A DNA stretch of 64,000 nt from Actinomycetes bacterium (GTDB lineage: Bacteria; Actinomycetota; Actinomycetes; JAHEKZ01). Shown here piece after piece: positions 30,927 through 40,186 of this stretch. The stretch lies in assembly GCA_024644345.1 (NCBI GenBank), contig JAHELE010000003.1:1288-65287 (forward strand), in the 5' to 3' direction. The notes below the pieces were generated by a model that saw only the letters and a list, made by a program, of their open reading frames with translations, was not told where the DNA came from and searched no databases. Numbering within the stretch: the first letter of the stretch is position 1; every line of letters begins with the position of its first letter. A program made the translations under genes and the position numbers.

Positions 30927-31898
30927 ATGACATTCATGCGTACAAAAACATCCCTCTTCGCGGTTGCCGCTGTAGCGGCGCTCGCAGTCGGGGGTACATC
31001 CGCAATCGCGGCCGAGGAGGAAACCCTCGGCAACAACCTCTCGATGCCGGTCGTCTTCGCAGAAGGCTACGGAATCACCGGGATGGAAACTCAGCCCTAC
31101 ACCACGTACCCCACCCTGACAGAGGACGACGGGCTCCGGCCACGCACAGAGGCCGAAGCGCTTCCGTTCCTGGAGGACGGAACACCCGCCCCCTATCTGG
31201 ACATGGCTGACGCGTACATGCTGGACGGAACCACGTACTACACCCAGAAGGGGCCGAGCACCTGGAAGGCTTACGCGAAGGACGGCGCCACCAACAAGAA
31301 GGTCGCTTCCCTCGTGTACTTCGGTGACAACCTCACGGGCCACCAGTGGACAACGAACGTCAAGATCATCCACCTGGAGATGGGGCTGCAGAAGGAGATG
31401 ACCGATCCGCAGCTCACCTACCCGATGACGTCCCTAGAGGGCACCAAGATGAACGAGGTGTTCGGGACGACCGGCGAGCCCGCAACGGGTACGACCGCCA
31501 AGGTCTACACGCCCATGGGCAAGCTGGTTATCCAGAAGCTTGACAAGAACCACAAGCCCATCGGCAAGATCTTTAAGCAAGCCATCTACCAAAGCTTCTC
31601 GACAGATGGCAGCGGGCAGTTCGCCACTGAGGTCACTGGATCCGGCACGCTTTCCTACGGCTACAACTGGTTCCTCAGCGACACCGGCGACTTTGCCAAG
31701 GCCGGTTGGTGGAGGATCACTTTCAAGATCAAGGCAGAAGGCACGTGGAACGACGGCGTCGAAGACGTGACCGTCGACCGCAACGCCAAGATCGTGGGCA
31801 AGATCGTTAGCACTGAGACGGAAGGCGAAGCACCGCTCTTCCCGATCAAGATCGCTGACAAGTACACCGCCTACGTGGACATCCAGATCATCAAGTAG
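30927..31898 (+). CDS. Secreted protein of unknown function (Lys-rich, low GC)
   Basis: Sec signal MTFMRTKTSLFAVAAVAALAVGGTSAIAAE preceded by a GGAGGG RBS. About 53% GC versus about 70% in flanking DNA. Confidence 0.5.
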   Translation: MTFMRTKTSLFAVAAVAALAVGGTSAIAAEEETLGNNLSMPVVFAEGYGITGMETQPYTTYPTLTEDDGLRPRTEAEALPFLEDGTPAPYLDMADAYMLDGTTYYTQKGPSTWKAYAKDGATNKKVASLVYFGDNLTGHQWTTNVKIIHLEMGLQKEMTDPQLTYPMTSLEGTKMNEVFGTTGEPATGTTAKVYTPMGKLVIQKLDKNHKPIGKIFKQAIYQSFSTDGSGQFATEVTGSGTLSYGYNWFLSDTGDFAKAGWWRITFKIKAEGTWNDGVEDVTVDRNAKIVGKIVSTETEGEAPLFPIKIADKYTAYVDIQIIK

Positions 31899-32009
31899 TT
31901 CACACGCGGCTTCACGGAGAGGGCTGTCCCCTCGGTTCTCTCCGTGGAGCCCGCCGAACGGCACTAGTCGACTCACGCAGACCCGACCGAAGATGCCGAG
32001 TCAGCGCTG

Positions 32010-33428
32010 ATGAGGGAGGGGCATCTCATGAAACACCGCAGACAGCATCTTCTTCTGCTCGCAGCCGCGGCAGTGGCGATCGGAGTTGCTCCAGCGTGGA
32101 GCCCGATGGCCATCGCTGATGAGGCTGCGGCACCTGACGACACATCCACCAGCGCCGAGATCACCGAGCCATCGCTCGCTACGGATCCGGGCGAAGCCGC
32201 TGACCGGGCCGAGCCGGCCGACGCGACGATACCCGCTGAACGGTCCACATCAGACTCCTCGCCCGCTGACGACGTCACCGATCCCGTGGCCGAGGACCCT
32301 GTTCCGGGCAAAGAGTCCGCTACGGCAGAAGAGCCCGGCGATGAAGGAGGGCACGAAGGTGGCGGCCACGGCGAAGGTGGCACCCTGCCCGATGGAGTCA
32401 CTGTCACCGTCGACGGCCGCAACATCCAGGCCACCGACCCTGAAGGCAGCCTGCCGAAGATCGCCAGCTGCACCTTCGACGTCGTCGCCAGTGGTCTCAC
32501 CACTGAGCCACCCGACACAGTGGGCATCCGGATCGTGGCCTGGCCCCCGACAGCTCCCGGCGAAAGCCGCGTCAAGCTCGTTGACATCACCGAGACTTCA
32601 GTTGACGGCGCGTGGGCCGGCGGATTCCCTCTCGATGAAGCGGTCCAGCAGTTCGACCGTAAGGGAAACGGCTACCACATGCGGTTCGAGTTCCTGATCA
32701 ATGACGACGTCGTCGCCATGAAGATGTACTGGCTCGGCTGCGGCGAACCTCAGACCGGAAACCCCCGCCGAATGCTCTTCGATGTGCAGTGGTACGACGC
32801 CGATGGGACCCTGCTCACCACCGCTCTCGACAGCGCACTTCCTGCAGGTTGGCGTCAAGGCTTCGTGCTCGACGCTGCAGGCGAACGCGGCACGGTGGAA
32901 TGCACCTACCCACCCGGCTCAGACCTGCTGAGCTGCCAGTACGTGAACCCGGGGCACGGAGATCAGCCCGGTCTCGTGCTGCCAGGCAAACCTGGGACCA
33001 GCTACACGGTGGACGTGACTGGTGAGCCCCGTCGCTGGGTTGTGGACGACGAGACAGTCGGGAGCTTCCTGGCTGACGACACCTGCCCAAAGGGCGGCGG
33101 CCACGACGACGGACACGAGGAGACGACGGCAGCAGTCACCCGAGCTGAGGGTGAGGACGGAGACGGCGAGCATGCGGCGTGCGTCCACACCGTCGCGATC
33201 AACCAGCTGGCCGTCGTTACCCCGCCAGACGAGGGCAACGATGGGAACGCCAATCCTCCCGACACCGGAGGTGGAGGCAATGCCAACCCAACCGAAGGTA
33301 ACGCTGCTGCGCTTCCAACTACCGGCGCCAACTCGCTCCCCCTCATCCCGGCAGGACTGGTCCTGCTGGCCCTTGGAGGAGTTCTGATCGTTAGCAGCAG
33401 GCCACCCCGTCCGGTCCTGAACAGGTAG
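32010..33428 (+). CDS. LPXTG-anchored surface protein of unknown function
   Basis: N-terminal signal peptide, acidic Pro-rich linker, and C-terminal 'LPTTG' + hydrophobic helix + 'RPPRPVLNR' sortase sorting signal. Confidence 0.6.
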   Translation: MREGHLMKHRRQHLLLLAAAAVAIGVAPAWSPMAIADEAAAPDDTSTSAEITEPSLATDPGEAADRAEPADATIPAERSTSDSSPADDVTDPVAEDPVPGKESATAEEPGDEGGHEGGGHGEGGTLPDGVTVTVDGRNIQATDPEGSLPKIASCTFDVVASGLTTEPPDTVGIRIVAWPPTAPGESRVKLVDITETSVDGAWAGGFPLDEAVQQFDRKGNGYHMRFEFLINDDVVAMKMYWLGCGEPQTGNPRRMLFDVQWYDADGTLLTTALDSALPAGWRQGFVLDAAGERGTVECTYPPGSDLLSCQYVNPGHGDQPGLVLPGKPGTSYTVDVTGEPRRWVVDDETVGSFLADDTCPKGGGHDDGHEETTAAVTRAEGEDGDGEHAACVHTVAINQLAVVTPPDEGNDGNANPPDTGGGGNANPTEGNAAALPTTGANSLPLIPAGLVLLALGGVLIVSSRPPRPVLNR

Positions 33429-33434
33429 CCGGAT

Positions 33435-34442
33435 CTAACCGGTGAAGCCCAGGTGGATGTGGTCCTGATGTGTGTCGTCGGAGAAGAACGACGCACCTGA
33501 TCCGTCAAGGTCAACAGGACCACCCACCTGGTATGCGCCACCTTCTCGGGCAGCGCGCATGAAGTTGGCTACGGCCTTGCTGTAGCCGGACGAGATGATC
33601 GAACGACCGTCGAGCGCCCAGATGTCCACGGCCAGCCCCTCCGTGTGATTGCTCGTCCGGTCGGTGCCGAACACCCGCAGCGGGTGACCGGAGCGAAGAA
33701 CACTGACATCCAGCCGGTGACGCCGGGCCAGCGACACCAGCGCTTGGAGCACCGAGCCGTCGATCACCCCCGCCCGAACATCGCGTCTCGCTGCGAACGG
33801 GAGGACGATGCGATCGTTGCCCAGCACCTGCTTCGCCTCACGTGAGATCTCCCCGGATGGTCGTCCTGGACGGGCGGGACGGACTGCCGTCACCGCCCAC
33901 TGCGGCTCGTCCGCCACCAACCGGACGTCTAGCGTTGTTCCCCTTCTCCTCACGCGCCCGTCCACCCCCAGCCGCCACTGGTCAAGAACCACGAGCACGG
34001 AGGCACTCCCAGCAAGGATTCCGCCGTACTGGGCCGTCACCACCTGAGCCGCGGATGCCGGATCGTCGGAGACAACCGGGGCAAGGTCGGCGGCGAGTTC
34101 CGGATCATTGCCCGAGGCTCGGACGCGGGTCCGCGCAGCGGCTATTCCGCCATCGCCTACGTCCCACACGGCCGCGGCCTCGACGAGTCGAACGGCGGCG
34201 AGCTTCACGTTTGGTGAGACCTCTCGTGGCGATGGCCGCCATATCGTGGTTCTGGGTAAGGCGGCTGTCGTCGACTCCGACGGAGAAGGAGTGCCACCAG
34301 TCGCCGGAGCCATCGAGGTCGCGGCTCCTCCCGGCTGAGATTGTGCGCGATCTGTGCAGCCCGCCAGACCAATGGCAGCCCCGGCGGCCAGGGTAGAACG
34401 CAACATGCTGCGCCGGCTGATGCTCACCGACTCATCATCCAA
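33435..34442 (-). CDS. Peptidase M15 (VanY-like D-Ala-D-Ala carboxypeptidase) Tat lipoprotein
   Basis: Tat motif 'SRRSMLRS' with 'LAGC' lipobox, M15 zinc motifs 'SNHTEGLAVDI' and C-terminal 'HQDHIHLGF'. Confidence 0.65.
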   Translation of the reverse strand: MDDESVSISRRSMLRSTLAAGAAIGLAGCTDRAQSQPGGAATSMAPATGGTPSPSESTTAALPRTTIWRPSPREVSPNVKLAAVRLVEAAAVWDVGDGGIAAARTRVRASGNDPELAADLAPVVSDDPASAAQVVTAQYGGILAGSASVLVVLDQWRLGVDGRVRRRGTTLDVRLVADEPQWAVTAVRPARPGRPSGEISREAKQVLGNDRIVLPFAARRDVRAGVIDGSVLQALVSLARRHRLDVSVLRSGHPLRVFGTDRTSNHTEGLAVDIWALDGRSIISSGYSKAVANFMRAAREGGAYQVGGPVDLDGSGASFFSDDTHQDHIHLGFTG

Positions 34443-34478
34443 CAGCCGCCCTCATGCTCGTAGACAGACCATCGCCCA

Positions 34479-35897
34479 ATGCTGATACGGTCCGAAGCGT
34501 CGAGGAAAGGACCGACGGTGACCCGTGTGCGGCAGGCGCTGGCCCTCACGGTTCTGGGGTTGGGCGCGTCGGGTTTGTTGGTGGGTACTGCTCCCGGCGC
34601 CTCCGCACCACATGAGTTCTCAGCACTAGTCCATGCACGAGCGACATTTGACCCCGGCGCAAAGATCGACCATGTGGTGGTCATCGTGAGGGAGAACCAC
34701 TCATTCAACTCGGTTCTCGGCCCCTTCTGCGCCAGGGCCCACAGATGCGTGGGCGACGACATCGGAACCCGGGAGCCCACCTCGACTGGATCAGCCCCCC
34801 TCGCGAAGGCCCCAGATATCGTGCCCAACACCGATCACTCACACTGGGCGCAAATGAGGGCGTGGAACAACGGGGCCAACGACCACTGGAATCTGATCGG
34901 GGGATGCTCCGCCTCGACAGGCTATGCCTGCTACCAGGCCTACGAGCCGCAACAAGTTCCCAACGCCACTGCACTCGCGACTACCTATGCCCTAAGCGAC
35001 AACACGTTCACCTGCCAACGACAGGCCAGCTGGAGTGACAAGTTGACCTGGGGCTCGGCCTGCGACCAGAACGGCTTCCTGGGTAGCAACCCTCAGCCCT
35101 ACCCGGGGGTTCCTGACAACTCGGGATGGGGCTGCACATCGAACAAGGGCACACCTTGGAGGGGTGTTCGCGGAGACCCCTTCACGAAGGAACCGTCCTG
35201 CATCCCGGACTACTCGACGGGACTCGAGTTTGGCGGCGCGTTCAGGGCAACGCCGGTTCCCGAACAGGTGTCCCTATTCGAGAACTGTGATCTCGCACCC
35301 AGATGCACCTGGGTCGACTACAACACCGCCAAGGTGTGGAGCCCGACTGAGATGCGTGCCTATACCGTCTTCAACCACTCCAGCAGACGAACACCGACCC
35401 AGTTCCTTGCCGATGCCGGGAACGGAAAGCTGCCGAGCATTTCCTTTCTGACCTCGTCGTTGACCAAGCCCAGTGACTCGCAGCACAACGGTGACTCCAT
35501 GCTGATCGGGGACAACGCACTCCAGCGTGAGGTGTCGGCGGTCATGAATGGCCCCGACTGGGGCTCCACTGCCATCTTCATCACGTGGGACGACTGTGGC
35601 TGTCAGTACGACCCCGTGGCTCCTAACCGCGTGCCCATGATCATCGTCAGCCCCTACGCCAAGGCGGGCTACACCGACTCGCGCAAGACCAATTTCGCTG
35701 GAGTTGTTCGGTTCATCGAGGAGTCGTTCGGACTGCCCAGCATGAACAGGCATGATCGCCGAAAGTACGACTACCGACGCTCATTCGACTTCTCACAGCA
35801 ACCACTTGCCGGTATCGCCATGAAGAGCAGCCACGTTCCGCGGGCGTCCCGCCTTGCCACCTTGAAGAACCCCGCAAACGACCTCGACGACTCCTAG
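34479..35897 (+). CDS. Phosphoesterase family protein (non-haemolytic phospholipase C / AcpA acid phosphatase family), secreted
   Basis: Signal peptide, then 'IDHVVVIVRENHSFNSVLG', the hallmark of the PLC/AcpA phosphoesterase family. Confidence 0.75.
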   Translation: MLIRSEASRKGPTVTRVRQALALTVLGLGASGLLVGTAPGASAPHEFSALVHARATFDPGAKIDHVVVIVRENHSFNSVLGPFCARAHRCVGDDIGTREPTSTGSAPLAKAPDIVPNTDHSHWAQMRAWNNGANDHWNLIGGCSASTGYACYQAYEPQQVPNATALATTYALSDNTFTCQRQASWSDKLTWGSACDQNGFLGSNPQPYPGVPDNSGWGCTSNKGTPWRGVRGDPFTKEPSCIPDYSTGLEFGGAFRATPVPEQVSLFENCDLAPRCTWVDYNTAKVWSPTEMRAYTVFNHSSRRTPTQFLADAGNGKLPSISFLTSSLTKPSDSQHNGDSMLIGDNALQREVSAVMNGPDWGSTAIFITWDDCGCQYDPVAPNRVPMIIVSPYAKAGYTDSRKTNFAGVVRFIEESFGLPSMNRHDRRKYDYRRSFDFSQQPLAGIAMKSSHVPRASRLATLKNPANDLDDS

Positions 35898-35904
35898 ACG
35901 TCGA

Positions 35905-37248
35905 TCAGCCGTAGTCACCACGCCCCGCAGCGGACCCCTTGGGAACATCGAGCGGGAGCCAATGGGTCAGCTCGGTGGCGGACAGCTGCGTGTTGCCTGT
36001 CAGAAGTCTGACGCGTTCATTCACCCCGTCGTGACGCAGCGCGGCAAGTACGTCCGCCAGGTCCAGTAGCGGCGTGGCCCCACTTCGGCGCTTGATCACG
36101 TTCACGTGGTTCTCGCCGGCGAACTGCATCCCGTCCGGCACGAGTGCGCAGCGGAGGCTTCCACTCCCCACACTGCCGGTGATTCGATTCACGACGATCG
36201 CAGGGCCTAACTCACCCCGGCCCGAGATCACATACTGCTTCTTCTTTGGATGCTCGGTCGTCAACTCAATTGTTTCGGAGTCGGTGATGTTGTGGGCCCA
36301 CACAAGTGGCACCGTTCCCTCGTCGGGTTCATCCCTGAGTGCACTCTTGTGCTCATTCCACACAATCTTTCCAGTCACTGCCTCGTAGCCCAGGTGCCAG
36401 AGAGTCGATCTTCCTTGGTATAGCGATCGGACCGATTCTGGGTTCTCCGAGAAGAGAATCCTGTGACGGGGCGAGTTCCCGAGGACACCCAGATCAACCA
36501 TGTACCTGTCGGACTGTCGGCCCTTCTTGAGAACGATGAGTTGGACGGCCGTCTGGGCATCCTGGAAGAGCAACTTGTCGGAGTACACCTCAAGAAACTC
36601 GATCTCGGACTCCTTCACGATGTAGGCACGCAAAGCGGCAAAGAATGCGCCGTTGTTCATGGAGGGCGGCACCACATAGCCCAGGTGTCCTCCAGGCTTG
36701 AGGGCGTCGAGGCCGACCTGAAAGAACATCGAGAAGATGTTGGGGCGACCAGCCAATACCGACTGGTACCGACGCCTGACGTCCGGGTCGATCCCACGAA
36801 TCTCGAAGTACGGGGGATTTCCGATCACCACGTCAAACTCTGCAGGTGCGTCGACCTCGAGCGCCGAGCGGTTCTCTAGCTTCGCTTCGGGTACCAACTC
36901 CCGGGCCACGACAAGGGCTTGCGGGTCGATGTCCCAACCGTGGAGCTCAAGACCCCGCACACGGTCACTACACGTCCGGAGGAATTCGCCAGTTCCCACT
37001 CCCGGATCAAGAACTTTGTCACCGGGCGAAAACGGGACATGGTCGACCAAGCGTTCTCGCAAGGTGCGCGGAGTCAGGAACTGACCTATCCCGCTCCGCT
37101 CCGACTTGGGCCGACGAGCGAGGTACGCCTGACTCTCCGGTGAAAGCTCCTCGTTGGCCTCCGTCGCGATCTTGGCCACACGTACCTCCGTCCTGCGACT
37201 GTCCTCTTGCGGAACCGTAGCGCGACCCACGTCGAGGCGGCCTACCAC
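35905..37248 (-). CDS. N6-adenine DNA methyltransferase, gamma-class (M.TaqI/Eco57I-MTase-like), orphan
   Basis: Motif I 'VLDPGVGTGEFL', motif IV 'VIGNPPY', and a C-terminal ~200-aa target-recognition region. About 52% GC. No REase or specificity subunit nearby. Confidence 0.75.
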   Translation of the reverse strand: MVGRLDVGRATVPQEDSRRTEVRVAKIATEANEELSPESQAYLARRPKSERSGIGQFLTPRTLRERLVDHVPFSPGDKVLDPGVGTGEFLRTCSDRVRGLELHGWDIDPQALVVARELVPEAKLENRSALEVDAPAEFDVVIGNPPYFEIRGIDPDVRRRYQSVLAGRPNIFSMFFQVGLDALKPGGHLGYVVPPSMNNGAFFAALRAYIVKESEIEFLEVYSDKLLFQDAQTAVQLIVLKKGRQSDRYMVDLGVLGNSPRHRILFSENPESVRSLYQGRSTLWHLGYEAVTGKIVWNEHKSALRDEPDEGTVPLVWAHNITDSETIELTTEHPKKKQYVISGRGELGPAIVVNRITGSVGSGSLRCALVPDGMQFAGENHVNVIKRRSGATPLLDLADVLAALRHDGVNERVRLLTGNTQLSATELTHWLPLDVPKGSAAGRGDYG

Positions 37249-37420
37249 CGCACTCAGCGGACCACAGGACAGTGGACATGGCCCCCAGCTGCCACGGACC
37301 CGAACGCGGATGCATAGTGACCGGCGTCACTTCCGGCCGGGTCCTTCGACCCTCCCGATAGCCAAGGATCCCTGCGTCAATGGATCGGGGCCCCCACCTA
37401 GAAACAAAGGGAGTCCAACC

Positions 37421-38458
37421 ATGTCTACGATCACCGCCGAGTCGTCGGCGGGCCACCGATCCTCTGCCCCTTCGGGGGGCCCCTCGAACCTGCGGAAAGC
37501 TGCCTCGCTCCTCACAATCGCGGCGGGCCTGGTGCTGCTGGCGAGCACCTTCATAAACAACCTGTTCGCAGTCGGCCCCGCGTTCGAGGACCTGACTGAT
37601 GACTTCCGGCCGCTGCTCGTCCAACAGTCACTGGACACGGCCAAGGACGACGTCGCGGGGGTGGCCGCCGTGGGGGATGAGTTCCAGACCACGATGGGTC
37701 CGGCGCTGGCAGAGCAGATGGGACTGACCCCCAAGGAGTTCTCCGCGATGATGGACCAGCAGTTCCCCGCGGTCAGCGACGGGATGGCTGCCATCCCCGA
37801 GGTGACACCCACCTTCGACGGCCTCCTCGCTACCCTCCAGACGCAGCAGCCGCTGTTCGAGTCGGCCGACGCCATCCCGACTGAGAACCTCCCCGCCACC
37901 ACGGTGCCGTGGGCGATGCTCATCGCCGGGATCCTGTCGATCATTGTGGGAATCATGATCTGGGTAACCGCCCGGACTGGCGCGTTCCTGGCCCTCGTAC
38001 TTGGCGGTGTGCTGATCATTGCACCGCTGGCACTGTCGCTGCCGCAGAAGGCGTCCGACGCGGACCAGCTCAACGCGAATCTCCAGCCGGTGTACACCCA
38101 GGAGCTCGTCACCCAGGCCGCCGGTGCGGTTACGGTGCTCGGGGCCATGGGCGAGGAGATGCAGACCACGATGCTGCCCGCCCTCGCTGACCAGCTAGGA
38201 ATGTCGCAAGACGAGCTCAACGCAATGATCGGCGACAACTTCCCGGCGGTTGCCTCCGCGATGCAGACGCTCCCCGACTCGATGGCGCGGTTCCAGGGCC
38301 TGGTCGGCGCGTTCGACCAGAACCTGGCGAACTACGACACCATCAAGTCGGTGTCGTTCGTCCCGATCATCTGGACGATGATCGGTGCCGGCGCGGTTGT
38401 CTTCGTGTCTGGAGCGCTCGCATTCGTTGGCCGGCCACGCGCATACGCCGCAGCCTGA
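37421..38458 (+). CDS. Hypothetical membrane protein with internal tandem duplication
   Basis: An AAAGGGAG RBS precedes the ATG at 37421. Two ~110-aa halves are clearly homologous ('TMGPALAEQMGLTPKEFSAMMDQQFPAVSDGMAAIPE' vs 'TMLPALADQLGMSQDELNAMIGDNFPAVASAMQTLPD'), each followed by a TM helix. Confidence 0.5.
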   Translation: MSTITAESSAGHRSSAPSGGPSNLRKAASLLTIAAGLVLLASTFINNLFAVGPAFEDLTDDFRPLLVQQSLDTAKDDVAGVAAVGDEFQTTMGPALAEQMGLTPKEFSAMMDQQFPAVSDGMAAIPEVTPTFDGLLATLQTQQPLFESADAIPTENLPATTVPWAMLIAGILSIIVGIMIWVTARTGAFLALVLGGVLIIAPLALSLPQKASDADQLNANLQPVYTQELVTQAAGAVTVLGAMGEEMQTTMLPALADQLGMSQDELNAMIGDNFPAVASAMQTLPDSMARFQGLVGAFDQNLANYDTIKSVSFVPIIWTMIGAGAVVFVSGALAFVGRPRAYAAA

Positions 38459-38468
38459 CACCCGCCCA

Positions 38469-38504
38469 CAACTGCTCGGGTCGGATCGTCGACCCGAGCA
38501 GTTG
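38469..38504. terminator. 15-bp perfect stem hairpin (CAACTGCTCGGGTCG-gatcgt-CGACCCGAGCAGTTG), terminator-like, between the membrane-protein gene and tRNA-Thr
   Basis: Exact inverted repeat. No U-tract, i.e. the I-shaped type common in high-GC actinobacteria. Confidence 0.5.
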
Positions 38505-38528
38505 GTTGGATCGGACCGCCGACGGACG

Positions 38529-38604
38529 TGGAGCCGCCTATCGGAGTCGAACCGATGACCTACGCATTACGAGTGCGTCGCTCTACCAACTGAGCTAAGG
38601 CGGC
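38529..38604 (-). tRNA. tRNA-Thr (anticodon CGT), CCA encoded
   Basis: The reverse complement folds as a cloverleaf GCCGCCT/AGGCGGC acceptor, GCTC-AGTTGGTA-GAGC D-arm, ACGCA-CTCGTAA-TGCGT anticodon arm, ATCGG-TTCGACT-CCGAT T-arm, and CCA. Confidence 0.85.
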
Positions 38605-38671
38605 GTGCCCTATTTCCCAGGGCGAAGGCCGAGTCTACCGATGGCCCTCCCTGAGCTGGGATCGGGCCGGG

Positions 38672-40186
38672 TCAGCAGATGGTCGGGTTGGCGGGAGTCT
38701 CGCCGGCCACAAGGTACTTGTCGACAGCATTGTCGACGCAGGTGTTCCCTGCGTTGTAGCCGGTGTGACCATCACCATTTCGCGAGACCAGAACGCCGTT
38801 CTGGAGTGACCTGGCCAGTCGGACCGACCAGGAGTAGGGCGTCGCTGGGTCGCGCGTGGTGCCAACGACGACGATCGGGTCGGCTCCTTCGGCGATTACC
38901 TTTGTCGGAAAGTCGCCCTTCTTCACCGGCCAGTCGCGGCACCCGACGGCTCCCCATGCGAAGGTCCGGCCGAAGATCGGGGAGATCTCTTCGTAAGCGG
39001 GGATCTGCTGTTTCGCCGTGGCCACTGATGAGGACCCGGGGCGATCTGTGCAGCTGATGGCCGGGAAGGCAGAGTTCACGTTCGATGCATAGGTTCCATC
39101 GTTGTTCCGTTCTGCGTACGCGTCGGCCAGCGCCAGCAGCACCGTGCCGTCACCGTTCAAGGCCTGCGATAGCCCGAGCCGCAATGACGGCCAGCCGGAC
39201 GCCTCGCTGTACATCGCTGAAATCATGCCCGTGGTTGCCAGCGACTCGGTGAGCGGGCGGCCTGATTGAGTGGGCAGAGGAGACTGGTCGATCGATGCCA
39301 GGAGATCGGCGATCTGTTGCTCCGCAGCATCTTGCGTTGGCCCGACAGCACATCCGCGCCGTGCGATGCAGTCGTCAATGAAGGACTCTGTCGCCCGTTG
39401 GAAGCCGCGCAGCTGCCCCTTCGACAAACCGTTGCTGGTGACAGCGGGGTCAAGTGCGGCGTCCAGCACCATGCGGCCGACCCGCTTAGGGAACAGCTCG
39501 GCATAGATCGCGCCGAGCTCAGTGCCGTAGCTGGCCCCGAAGAAGTTGAGTCGAGGCTCGCCCACTGCTGAACGAAGGATGTCGAGGTCGCGTGCGGAGC
39601 TGAAGGTTCCCAGTTGCGGGATCAGGTCTGCATCATCCGCGACGCATCCCTTGGTGAACTGCTCGTTGACGCGAACGAGCTCGCGGACCTCGGCCTGATC
39701 GTCCGGGGTACCGTCGGTCTCGTAGTAGGTGTCGGTCTCGCTGTCGGTCATGCACGAGATTGACGTGCTGTCACCAACTCCCCTCGGATCCCAACCGACG
39801 ATGTCGTAGTGCTCCAGCACCGGTTGGGTGAAGAGCGCCTCGGCGAGCTTCGCGTAGCTGTTACCCGAAACCCCAGGGCCGCCAGGGTTGACGAAGAGCG
39901 AGCCGAGACGCTCGTCCTGGTTGTCAGCGGCGCGTTTGAGGAGCGCCAACTGCACCGTGCCCGCGTCCGGTTGATCGTAGTTGCGGGGTGCTTCTACCGT
40001 GGCGCACTCGAAGTCTCCGCACTCCTTCCAATCGGCACTCTGGTTGTAGAACGGTTTGAGCGCCTGAGGCTCTGCCGTCGTGAAGGAGGGACTGGGAACT
40101 GGTGATGCAGCCACACTGGGCTCTGCAGTGGTACACCCGGCCAGAAGAAGCGCGGCTGCTGCTCCCAGAGCGAGGATCCGGATCAA
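38672..40186 (-). CDS. Secreted alpha/beta-hydrolase, tripeptidyl-aminopeptidase (S33/TAP) family lipoprotein
   Basis: Lipobox 'LLLAGCTT', a/b-hydrolase nucleophile elbow 'GASYGT', and a TAP-like C-terminal domain with a conserved Cys pair. Confidence 0.7.
   Translation of the reverse strand: MIRILALGAAAALLLAGCTTAEPSVAASPVPSPSFTTAEPQALKPFYNQSADWKECGDFECATVEAPRNYDQPDAGTVQLALLKRAADNQDERLGSLFVNPGGPGVSGNSYAKLAEALFTQPVLEHYDIVGWDPRGVGDSTSISCMTDSETDTYYETDGTPDDQAEVRELVRVNEQFTKGCVADDADLIPQLGTFSSARDLDILRSAVGEPRLNFFGASYGTELGAIYAELFPKRVGRMVLDAALDPAVTSNGLSKGQLRGFQRATESFIDDCIARRGCAVGPTQDAAEQQIADLLASIDQSPLPTQSGRPLTESLATTGMISAMYSEASGWPSLRLGLSQALNGDGTVLLALADAYAERNNDGTYASNVNSAFPAISCTDRPGSSSVATAKQQIPAYEEISPIFGRTFAWGAVGCRDWPVKKGDFPTKVIAEGADPIVVVGTTRDPATPYSWSVRLARSLQNGVLVSRNGDGHTGYNAGNTCVDNAVDKYLVAGETPANPTIC

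Noticed and set aside
30339-33541. Large minus-strand ORFs (30339..31373, 31973..32590, 33002..33541 and similar) antisense to the DinB / secreted-protein / LPXTG genes
   Set aside because: They are shadow ORFs in the reverse frame of well-supported plus-strand genes. Their products are Arg/Ser/Pro-rich with no motifs.
30927-38604. Mobile genomic island integrated at tRNA-Thr
   Set aside because: GC is lower and a tRNA is adjacent. However, no integrase, excisionase or transposase gene was found, and no direct repeat of the tRNA 3' end was seen at the candidate far border on inspection. The segment is reported only as a compositionally atypical accessory region.
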